Shown in pieces: positions 1 to 11,200 of a stretch of DNA of 64,000 nucleotides. The notes under the pieces are model-generated. The model searched no databases and was not told the origin of the DNA. It saw nothing but the letters and a program-made list of their open reading frames with translations. The DNA comes from Botryllus schlosseri. Its lineage: Eukaryota. Every line of letters begins with the position of its first letter. Within the stretch, counting starts at the first letter, position 1. Where the stretch lies: the NCBI GenBank assembly GCA_051294905.1, contig CM119383.1, positions 9,672,001 through 9,736,000 on the forward strand, read 5' to 3'. Made by a program: the position numbers and the translations under genes.

Positions 1-205
1 GCTAGCAGTTTCCAGTCATACAATAGAATAAGGCCCGAGGCCACAGTTTGCAGCAATCCCCCACTACTAGCTGTTACCATCGCTGGTTTTGGAGATGAAA
101 TGGGAAGATACAGAACATCTTCAACCCAGAAATTGCGAATGGCTTTCTGATCTGGCGTTTTAAATTTGATCTCTTCGAACACATGAACGAATTTAACACC
201 AGACT

Positions 206-358
206 TCAAGGGAATATAATGGCATTGAAATATATTGGTGGACCGTCCGGAAAGTTAACGAAGCCCGGCACCGGTCTACGGACCTGAGATCGATTTAGCG
301 CTGGAATAAACGACGATTGAGTGACTGAACGTTCGTCTCGATTATCCGTTAGATGGCG
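206..358 (-). CDS. Gene B exon 6 (tentative terminal exon)
   Basis: Strong pyrimidine tract + TAG at 359-360; only phase 0 is open; TGA at 206-208. Confidence 0.35.
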   Translation of the reverse strand, partial: RHLTDNRDERSVTQSSFIPALNRSQVRRPVPGFVNFPDGPPIYFNAIIFP

Positions 359-2907
359 CTATATAGACGAAATCGGACAGAAAATATTGATGTAATCCGA
401 GCAGAACTTGAGCAAGGGATGTCTTGTAGTTTATCAAATGAATGAAATTTATGTAAGTATCGCGAATAGTGGATTGTGATGCACCTTCTGTACACGCAAT
501 CGCGAGTCGCATCTGCTCAGTGCTCATGTTAAAATCATGCATTGTCTCGGTATAGTAGCCGTCACCTGATAACGTGAAATGCCGGAAAATATGCTCGACT
601 TTGATGAATACAATATTTCACGAGACCGCCCATTCATGTCGCTGGATTGGACAACACCCTCATCGTCCAAACTTCGATCCACCCACATCAGTCTGCAAGA
701 GATCAAATTTTGTAATAAATGAAAGCTGTAGAAATGTTCGATGGCTCATATCTCCAGGTTGTGAACATTGTTTGTTTTAAGGTATTCGTGGTGATTCTAT
801 TCAGACCAATTTTCTTCATCTTTATTCCGTAGCTGCCGACTTGTAGCACGGTCCACTTCTAGGGTTTTATAAGACACCGCTTACACGGATGAGTTGGCGA
901 GGAGGAGCCTAGACAAACCACCAACACATAGGTAGGAATTCTGGAGTCGACCGCGGTCGTACTCGAACCCGCAACGCATTGGTGTTGCAGTTGTGGATTA
1001 CCGTGACGGAGTGCCCAACATTGTTTTGGAAATACTGAATGATTTCCATATAGCTTAATTGATGGGGCCCAATTAATTTCGCGATGAATTTTCATAAAGG
1101 TCTGAACGTAGGACGTGATATTACTGTTGTTTAGATGTTCTGCCATGCTCGAGTTGAAATTGATTAATGCTATACTTGACATAATGTAAATCCTTGAATT
1201 TCGGACGATGAATGGGGCAGAGACGACAAAATCCAAATCTCTTCTTGGGGGCGCTGGCAACAAGGTTAAGAAACACTGCTCTAATTGAACATGAACATGT
1301 TGCTGTTTTCTATTTCCAACATTTTCATCAGTTAGTCTTTAGCGCAGGGACAGCCAACGTTTGACCAAAGGGCCACATGTGGTTTACGAACCGTTGCGCT
1401 GGCCACCTGAATGATATGATGACCATTTTTAGTCGTGCTGTAGATGTTTAGGCATCGGATTTGAATAAAATAGTATTTTCGGTGGGCGCACCTATAATGA
1501 ATAATTACAACATTTGTCACCGTAAATACTATTTTATTGATAATCCAAATTTATCGACGGCAATAACTCCGCTTCCACTTGTTGGAATTAAACCAAATTT
1601 GCTGAGCATCGTTTCTATAGACAACCTAACACTATCATGGGGTGAACAGAAAAATTTGAAATTTTTGTTAATTTATTTTTATATAATAAATAGAAACTTT
1701 GTTCTCCTGTAGCAATGCGGCTACTGGCTGGAATTGAACCAAATTTGGTGTGTAGGCTTAAATTAGATAACCTAACAATTTTATCAAGTAGCCAGTACAA
1801 TTTGAGAAAAAAAGTCATTTATGAAGACCCCTACTGTATATGGCGTCGCCAATATAGCATGCGGTCGAATGTGTTAATTTGAATGTGCTGCTTGGTTTGC
1901 CGCCATATACTTGAACGATAAATTGATTATAAATCACCAGGTAGAATTCGTTACGTGAGAAAGTTGATTCAAACGCGATATGTTTATGTTATGACGAAAT
2001 TGTGTCGCGGGCCATGAAACAAACTATGGTTGCAGGCTCCCCGCTGCAGGATTAGACCAACATTCCTAGTGCACAATACTTGTAGGGTAACTACCCGAAA
2101 TTCCTGCGTACTGCAGAGACACTCACCGATCCCCTTGATAGTCTACTGTAATTCCAGAAACAGCGACAACTTCAGGAAAAGCCAACACAACCTTTTCTCG
2201 TTTGCCGTCAAGATCGCATTTGACGATCTGCGACAGGTGGAGGGTTTGTAGAGTCAAAAAGTGTTTCGAAAAGATCAGTCTCCTGCGACACAATGAACCG
2301 AGAACTATATCATCATTTAAATATATAAATAGATGTTTGGTTTACCGTTTAGTGCTGTGTATCGCCAACGCGTGCGGTTTCAAGAGTCCAGCCTGTTTCA
2401 CGCGTGTGACATATCGGTATGTTCTGTCCATGGCGAATATGGCGTTTAGTCTTGTGTCGGTCCAGTACAACACATTGGTCACTTCGTCGTACGCGAGATT
2501 TTCTAATCCTGAAGTCACGTACTTCGCTACAGCTTTGGTACCTCCAGATTTGGCATCATATTCGTACAGCGTTTCGCGCCTGGAAGTTATGAATCCATAC
2601 ATTCGTGCACACAAGGCGAAAATTTGGGGAGGAAGGGGGTATACTAAATATTCGGCAACAATCTTATTCGTTTTGGCTTGATAAAAATAATAATGTCACA
2701 CTTCAAAATCTAAAGTTGTGGGCAATAAGAGTAACATTAGACCCCGTGACTACTTCGTTCCATGTAGGTTACATTTGGACAGTGATGCTACTGTACAAGC
2801 GGTAACACATTCTTCGGCGGTCAAAACCTTGATATTCAAAAAGTTTTTACCCACGCGTATGGCGGGAAACATGCATTGGATATTTGACAGCCTTGCCGGG
2901 GACATTC

Positions 2908-2951
<44 letters not shown>

Positions 2952-5427
2952 AGAGAGAGATGTCAATATATACGTGGTCTGCACTTAGATCCACTCTATT
3001 GTGTGAGCATGTATTTTTGTGCATGAATTATATTCCTAGTCCTAGTGTTTTACATAAAGTCTCTCTCTAAATATAGTTACCAATATAAAACCCAACACGC
3101 AAAAATGTTCGCCGGCACGGGAGACGTCGATATTTTGACTTCGTCGCTCTACATACGAAATTTTGCCTGCTCCTGTATAGCCCAAAACTGTCGCTAAGGT
3201 ACTTCTTACGTACTCGAACTCGTTCCAAAATACTTTTTGCGCCATATAGTTTGCAGTCATGCCCCAAAACGCAGCGCCGTTATCGCCCGATATCCAGTCG
3301 GTTATATTGTAGCTTTGTCGAATTTGTTCAAAATCATCTCCAGGCTGAATGGAACATTATACTGCGGGTCAAAGCTACTACGTTGATAATTAGGCAGTAA
3401 GTGGTGTTACCCGAATAAGCTTCAAGTAACTACGTCTTTCTACTTCGTCGTACATGTTCACAATGACTGTATCTGCTTGCAAACGACCTGTAATACGTAT
3501 AATATAGTGCGATTCATTGCTTCATTGGTGGATTCTAGTTCGCATGCAGAAAACTATGAAGCAACGTGTCACACTGTCACATACGTATACATCGATCTGA
3601 CGACGACGTAATGGTTATAACTTGACCGTCTTTTTCCCGTAATCGGTATTTGTACGCATTCCATGTTTATCGTGGCCCTGAGTACGATCAAAGCTTTGGC
3701 TCAAAATCATATTCCGATATACACATTGGTAGCCCTAAATACGTGAGTATACACTTTTACTTCTCAATTGGATTCGCCCTGTAATGATCTCTACGCATAT
3801 CAATTACCCTGATTATAAGTTTAGTGAGGGATTCGCTTCATAATCAGGGATTAGGACTCGAGTCGAGTCAGTTAGTGATCGTCAAGGTGATTGTTTTTGA
3901 AAGTTCAAATATGTACCCTCTTTTTGCGACCTTAAAAATATCATGCCGGTTTCTACACCTCATTAAAGATTATTTATTTATCATTTTGTTGACCATACCT
4001 ATTTAATTGCACTTTGTGACAATGATATCGGTTGATTAAGACTTCACAGAAATGTCATTTCCACTAATGTGCACAAGCACAGCTTTGCACTACATATTTC
4101 GTATGCCACGATACGCGCAATCGATCTTTACAGTATTCCACAGTACCGAAACTACCATTCTAATTGCTAAATTTAAAGGCAAGAAGAGTATAGTTGTAGT
4201 ACTCGCAAAAATCATCGATTACAACTTGACTCGCATCATTAGAATTCATACTCGATCCACATATCGAAGGGAAGCTATACGGGAATCATCGGATTGCTGG
4301 GGTTTTGATTGACAGCTACCTCTGACGCTCTCAATTAAGTTGCACAAGTAAATGACACGTTCAGACATCCCCTTGGCAGCGATGTCGCATGCAAGTGAGC
4401 GTGTGCCGTGCAGCATGGGCAATGTACATTAAACAAAGATATTTTGCAGTACCGTTAATACGATGTTTTTTGGTTATACAAAGCATATTAAATTCGATTT
4501 GGACGTAAATATAATAGGCGCTGATATACGAACTGGGCCCGATTCCATTTTGCCGGTCATCAATTGGATGCTATGCTATAGTAGGATTACCACACGTCCT
4601 CTTTTAAGAGGATTTGTCCTTTTTTTTACTTTTTTTAAAAGTGTCCTCGAAGGTCGCCCAAATGTCCTCTTTTTTCAGAATTTGTCCTCTTTTGGTTAAA
4701 TATAGGTTATAATTCGACTGAGATATAGGACATCAGTACTCTAGTAACATTCCGGTGGTTATTTCGGGAGTTGAGCCGGAAAGTTGTCCTTTTTTTAGTC
4801 AACCAATGGAGAAGTCAACAAAAGTGTTTATCTCTGGACTGACCTATTTTTTAGTCAGCCAACCACAAAGTTGGGAAAAATTTACCAGCATTTTTCCGGA
4901 TTTTACTCCAGTAAGTCTGAATATTTTGAAAAAGTGACTTTGTTTCAGATTTCCAAAATATTTAAACCCTATGTTATAGTATACCATACATCTTAGCTAT
5001 TTAGGTGTAAGCGTTCCCAGAACAGCGGCATAGTCAAAAATCAAGTTCGCGTCGGCAGAAACTTTCAGCAAAAACTGCTTTCCGTGTTCATTTGCAGATC
5101 ACGGTGACGTCAAAAACTGAAAAACATTCCCCAATGTTGGGCAAGCTTGGCTCGGAGGCAGAAATCGCTGTCACAGCTCTACTAAGAAGCATGATGACTG
5201 GTAGATTCTTGAACTATTGCGATATCCTTCGCATGAACCCGTAGGCTACCCGTATATAGGGTTCTATATGTATACATTGCTATCAGATTAGCTGTAATAG
5301 CAACAAGTACACTGTTTAATACTATGCTTAGTGGTCGATGAATCCTGAACCTACCGCTGATTTGAAGTCCATGTAAAGATTCCGCGAGACAAAGCATCAG
5401 CAGAACGATGCACCATACTTCCTTCAT
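206..5427 (-). CDS. Gene B: putative secreted YWTD (LDLR class B repeat) beta-propeller protein; 3' end uncertain, may continue beyond the window
   Basis: Signal peptide MKEVWCIVLLMLCLAESLHG; blades KVFWNE, LAYDEVTNVLYWTD, LAIHSTKRLMWVD. Six-exon model = 852 nt. Confidence 0.72.
566..692 (-). CDS. Gene B exon 5, YWTD-like repeat
   Basis: LMWVDRSLDDEGVVQSSDMNGRSREILY; acceptor phase matches, donor weak. Confidence 0.8.
806..1012 (-). mobile_element. tRNA-derived SINE family 1, copy
   Basis: Homologous to 43385-43606 and 46573-46775. Confidence 0.85.
1345..1455 (+). mobile_element. hAT (Charlie-type) MITE left-end fragment
   Basis: CAGGGACAGCCAAC followed by gggccaca subterminal motifs. Confidence 0.5.
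1462..1836 (+). mobile_element. Tc1/mariner-type MITE, 5'-truncated copy
   Basis: Strong similarity to 63560-63947; ends GAAGACCCCTACTG followed by TA. Confidence 0.88.
2346..2579 (-). CDS. Gene B exon 4, canonical YWTD repeat
   Basis: GLENLAYDEVTNVLYWTDTRLNAIFAMD...LLKPHALAIH. Confidence 0.92.
2911..2960. repeat. (TC)20(GA)5 compound microsatellite in gene B intron 3
   Basis: Directly visible; 2941-2960 is a perfect 20-bp palindrome. Confidence 0.97.
3157..3344 (-). CDS. Gene B exon 3
   Basis: FWGMTANYMAQKVFWNEFEY; GTATGT donor at phase 2 fits the next exon. An alternative GTAAGA donor at 3209 is out of phase. Confidence 0.7.
3411..3487 (-). CDS. Gene B exon 2
   Basis: attacag acceptor, phase 1/0, RLQADTVIVNMYDEVERRSYLKLIR. 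Confidence 0.72.
4580..4700 (+). repeat. Dispersed repeat shared with ~56550-56640
   Basis: ttt.agaggatttgt.cttttttt ... g.cgcccaaatg.cctc in both. Confidence 0.6.
5355..5427 (-). CDS. Gene B exon 1, signal peptide
   Basis: MKEVWCIVLLMLCLAESLHGLQIS, GTAGGT donor, phase 1. Confidence 0.8.
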
Positions 5428-6648
5428 TCTTCGCACCTTGTTGTTGGCATTCAGCAGCGACTATATGATATCAACCACTGAACTGGGAATATTCAACATA
5501 TGACCTCGGGATAGAGTTTTCGTAGACGCCGCAAATGAAAGATTGAAAGTATGCAAAAGCCATCGATTCTATTCAATTCTTACGCTCGCTGCGTTTGCGA
5601 CATAGACCAAATGAATTTCATTTGTCCGCATCGAAGACGTAGGCTTTCAAGCTGAGGGTTGTAGTAAACCATGCTGCGTTCAGACCTCAAAAGACATTGC
5701 CCAGTTACGTAACTCTGACAAATGACAATTGATATAAATAACCATTTGGCAAGGACATTCAACGAGACAACGTAATTTCTGCATGAAACGCTAGGCTTTG
5801 AGTTAATAATTCAAACGTTATCTAAAATTTTCCGCCTTGAGATATGATCTTACAATTATTCTCAGTAATATATGTCAAAGCAATACGCAACGAGGAATGT
5901 TGGTTCTGATATATTTTGTCGCATCAGAGCCAACGATGTACCAAACTGTTAATGTAAATCCTCACACTTTGACGTGTAGAGCGTTGCATGTCAGTCGAAT
6001 TTAAATATTTATTGATTTGCATAAATACGAATATATCCAGCTGCGGATATTCGTCTATAATAGACTATGAATATCACACGCCTTTTATTGCAAGCGATCA
6101 ACTCAGCGAATAGCGTTTGTCGGCAGTATACGCTCAATTCGATGCTCGAGGCATGGCGTCAAGTTTATGGAAGCAAATCTCTTCGATCGAAATTTCAAGA
6201 TTTTCAGGACTTCGAGTGGTAAACCACGCGCAATGGTTGCGATAACGCCGTCTAGTATATTGCTCACCGTCAATACTAGTAGCATCACTACTCTAGGATA
6301 GGTTGGTCAAACACCGTAGCTGTATCCACACAAAACACTATCCCAAAATAAGTGCACGGCATTTTATTAATGATACCAGGTATATATAACATTCAAAGCT
6401 GAACACCGGCCAGTATTTCCAATTAGGATAAATTAACTCTCGCTGTATTTGTTTATGTGTAAATATATAAATATATATATATATTTTTTCGACTAGCGAC
6501 GAACAGTATGTTATGCCAATAGCTCTGTCCCAAAACACAAAATCCATAATAAGGGTAATGCTTTCGACATCTGCTAGCCTACGCCTCATACACTGAACAA
6601 TAGTAGTGTCGATTCAAACCACCAAAAGTGATAGGTTGAGAATCGTCG

Positions 6649-8213
6649 TCACTCGAGATCCTTTGACGGGAAGTACATGGCTACAGCGAGACAGTTTCGA
6701 AAAGCTTCCTCGATTAATCGCTTCTCTTTTCCTGACGTCGAGAGAATCAAAAAACACGGATGATCCAGATCCAAATTATGCGACGACGTGTCACGGGACT
6801 GTGGTGCTTTACTGGTGTCGTGCGCCGGCGACTTGGTCACCAGATCAGCGCCGCTGCTGGATTCTGGGGATATTGATGTTGTTGACTGTATATGTTTGGC
6901 ATCTGAGGTTTGTTTTGTGGATATGCTACCGTTTATCTCGTCTGAATTGAGCGGCTTGGTCTGAAATGTGACTACCGTCGTCGCTGGCCACATACTTTCT
7001 GAAGATATTTCGTCTAAGCGATTGGGTGCTTCAGTAGTTTCCAATGAACTAGGGTTGAATTCCACTAGTTCTATTGACTCCTCCACTATATTATCGGTGA
7101 CATTCGTCGTCAACCACATGCTTTCTGAAGATATTTCATCGAATCGATTGGGTGCTTCAGTAGTTTCTAATGAATTAGGGTTGAATTCCTCTAGTTCTAC
7201 CGATTCTTCCACTATATTATCGGTGACATCCGTCGCCAACCACATGGTTTCTGAAGATATTTCCTCCGATCGATTAGGTGCTTCAGTAGTTACAAATGAA
7301 GCAGGGATGGAGTCATGTGATTGTGTCGAGTTTTCAACGGTATTGTGGTTGACATCCGTTCCAATGTACCACGTGCTCTCTGAAGATATTTCATCCAATC
7401 TGTTAGGTGCTTCAGTAGTTGACAATAAAACGGAGCCGAAGTCGTCTGGTTGTGTAGAATCTTCAACGGAATTGCCGTTGACATCCGTGCCAAGAAACCA
7501 CATGCTTTCTGAAGATATTCCATCCAATCTATTAGGTGCTTCAGTTGTTACTAAGGAAACAGGGCCGATGTCGTCTGGTTGTGTCGACTCTTCTACGGTA
7601 TCGTCGGTGACATGCGTTTCAAGCCACATACTTTCTGAAGAGATTTCGTCAAATCGATTCGTTGTTGCGGTATTTAGTAATCCATTGGAGTTCAGACGAG
7701 CTGTTGTTGTCACGCTTATCGAATCTGTCACCACAGTATCATTGTGTTCTGCTTTGAGCGAATTCTTCTCCGAAGATACTGCATACCGCCGATCGGGTGT
7801 TTCGCCAGGTGATCTGGTAGAACTGTAGCCGATTGTTTGTGATACGCCATTTGCGGTTGTATCGTTGTTATAGATCTTTACGTCTGTTGAATCTTGGTTG
7901 TATATCGACTGCGCTGTGGTTTGGATCGGTAGATTAGTTTCAGTCAAATCGCTATCGTAAGTTGGCAAAATGCTTTCGGAGGAGATTTCATTCCCGCGGA
8001 CTGGTGACGGAGTAGTTTGTAAACGCAATGATCCAAAAAGCATGCCCTGTTCCGCCCTGAAGGAATCGGTATCGCTATCGAACACGGGTGCACGTTTGGT
8101 AGACATCTCATGAGAAAGATGTGGTGCCGAAGCCGTAGACTGTTCTATTGGCGTGATTGGATTCTGCTGGCGGAGGAACTGACTGGATGGCATTCCACAT
8201 CTCCTTATGCTCA
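6649..8213 (-). CDS. Gene A terminal exon: ~520 aa Ser/Thr/Glu/Asp-rich mucin-like region with six 42-43 aa repeats
   Basis: 1.56-kb open frame, ttgcag acceptor in the matching phase; no good donor found before the TGA at 6649-6651. Confidence 0.88.
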
Positions 8214-11200
8214 CTGCAATTACATATGTATGAACGATTTACGATGAATCGAAAATATAGTAGATCGATTACGTTATGCTATCTTCGATAGGACATTTTA
8301 ATTTCAACACTTCATATTCCCATAATATTAGTGCAATAACTATACAGTGTGTGTATGTATGTATATCTTGTCATGCAGTATTAAAATCTAAATAGCAATA
8401 TAATGTAGCTGCTAAGAGGACAAAGTATGCTTAACAACATTCTGTAGACTGTGTGGGCTGCGTGTCCTCTGCCCAACCTAAGGTATAGTCTCAATATTGG
8501 CAAAGAGAATTTAGCCTCAACTATCAAAGCTGCAATTACGTAAAAGTTCGTGATTATCGCTATGAGGTAGTAGTGCGGAGCGGATCGACAAATTCTCTGG
8601 TCCGGCTCCGGCCGCATCAGGAAAAGTACTGATCCGGCTCCAATCCGGTTCCGGCCAAAAATGAAAAAGTCAGGCCAGAAATCCGGCCCTACTCGGTACG
8701 GAGGTTCCGTGAATTGATAAATATGCCTCGTTTATGTTCACACTGGCTTGGTGGTGATTTACGTGTGGTTCGTTGGTAGTTATATAGTTATAAAAGTCAT
8801 GCTTATCCATAAAGATTCTGGCCGGATCAAAAAAGTAGTGATCCGGCTCCGGCCGTAACAGAAAAAGTACTGATCCGGCTCCGATCCGGTCCGGTCAAAA
8901 TTGTAAAAATCCGGCCGGATATCCAATCCGGCTCCGGTCCATGATCCGCACTATGAGGTAGATATCAGTGTTGGGATGACTCGAGTCATGACTTGACTCG
9001 AGTCAGACTCGAGTCACCTTTTTCGTATGACTTGACTTGACTCGAGTCAATTTACTAAAATGACTTGACTTGACTTGACTCGGCGTATCAAAAATGTGGA
9101 TTGACTCATGACTCGGAGCAAAATTCACGAGTCAATTTCAAGTCATCAAGTAATCGGTGTCGATAAAAATCATTGTATCTTGCACATGGCCGTATTGCTC
9201 GCGAAACGCTCGTGTAACCCGCGAAATCGACTAATCAATCAACGATCTTGCGTTTCACTGTGCCTTCATTGTTCTTTCTCAAATAAATTAACTGCAAACG
9301 AAGTGATCGAAGCTTATAGCTTACGATGTCGTAAACTAGTATAGTAAAGTAATTTAATAGTAAAATGTATATTTCTGTTTTCTGTTCTTACCTTAACCAA
9401 ACCTCTTGGTTGATTGAAATTGAATTCGAATATAGTTTATATAGTAATCAACCATTGGCGCAGGCTCGAATGTTTGTAAAGTGCATCTTATCAATTCGTT
9501 TCTCTATTCTCTATTTTGGCTGGTAACTATAAACTGAGGCTATGCAATTACTTACGTAGTTTAGCAGTTCTAGGTATATGTGAGCGATACAGCGTCTTCT
9601 TTCGTGTATATATAACTCTATATTCGTTTATTGGTTTAGAATCAATGACCACTCAATATGTATTTCAGACAGCCAGCAAACTGAAATGACAAAATCATGC
9701 CTCATACTTCGAAAAGCCAACTTGACTTGAATTGTGACTTGACTCGTGACTTGACTTGACTTGACTCGACTTGACTCGAGTCAACTCCAAAAATCGAGTG
9801 ACTTGACTTGACTCGAGTCACTTTCGAAAATCGATTGACTTGACTTGACTCGAGTCAAAATGTGCAATGACTCGAAATGACTCGTGACTCGAAGGTAGTG
9901 ACTTGATCCCAACACTGGATACAAATGTCCACCCAAGTAGTTTATTGATGGAGATGAAAGTCAGGTAACTTCATATGTTGAGACGTGCATATAAGAAATC
10001 ATATTCCAATTTTTTTGCGATTCAAACTTGGAAATGTTGAGAACATCTTTTCTACGCTAATGGGTACCTTGTGACAGTATATACGGTGTACCCGTGAAGG
10101 GAAAACGCAGTACCTTTCCCTGCAATGAAAAGAATTCCCTACACTTGGTTGCTTCACGCAGTCCACTTTCCCGGAACCAAACCGGAAACATCTAACAGTT
10201 GTATTCTAAATACATTGTATTTTAGCCTATACGTGCCAGAAAGTCAGTGGAACGTCTGCTGGTAGCGTCTTTAATATTATGTTATTCAAAAGCTGTACGC
10301 ATGAAATTGCAATAACGTGCAACGGCTGAATATTAGTTGGTCTATTTATGACACCTATTTAAACTTTCGAATCCGGTCAACTGGATTATAGTAATTAATA
10401 TCATACCGCGGTCTATAATAATATAGGTATCTAAATATGATACGATTGTGCTTACCAATGTTCCTGTCATAATGCCGTGAACTGTAGAAACTCATAGAAT
10501 TTCTTCTAGAAATGCTGACTTGCCCATACTGCTCCGTAGAGCTCACACCAAGCACCAGATCGAATCGCAGAATTCTACCACTTTCGGGATCCACATAATA
10601 GATGCGCCCATGATAGGACAGTATGCTGTTTAATTTGGATCGATTGAAAATAGTAGTGAGTTTTCCGACCTGAGCATTTAAATTTGTTCATGCATGTTAT
10701 GTTCTTCTTACTCAGATATGATTGTTCCAGTTTTGAACTCCGGGTTAGTTTCGTAATCGAGATGGACTGGAGGAGCGTGATTCGTCAAAGTTTCCATCAA
10801 ATCCAAGGGCATCATGTACAGCATTCTACCGGTCTCGCTCATAACGTTCAACATGTACACTGAATAGAAAAGCGATCAAATCCCAACAAGCCAAACAGCA
10901 TAGACTGTCCACTGTCGTGCAGGAGTGCTCAACCTGCGGCCGCGAAATAAAATTCTGTAATTCAAATTTACCCTAGTTGGCGGCCAAGCTGGGATACGGA
11001 AAAACAACGAAACCGCAGTTGAGTTTCATCATTCCTTGCGAAAATTTCACACGCAAGATTCTGATTGCAGTACGTTTCAGCCGTTAATTAGATACCTGTA
11101 GTATTGTGAATATATGTGCGCCTTAGCCACGATTGCCTTCAGTATTTATGAATGGAATATTGGGCTGTTCGCAGTGTTTATACGACGTTCAGAGTCTCTT

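Noticed and set aside
1-260. Minus-strand open frame running off the window edge
   Set aside because: No acceptor in a usable position was found; cannot be assigned to gene B without the adjacent sequence.
1461-1712. Similar ORFs at 1461-1712 and 63539-63823 as a duplicated small gene
   Set aside because: Both lie within copies of the same AT-rich MITE.
6968-7828. 286-aa plus-strand ORF
   Set aside because: Antisense shadow of gene A's repetitive exon; no splice context or plausible start on the plus strand.
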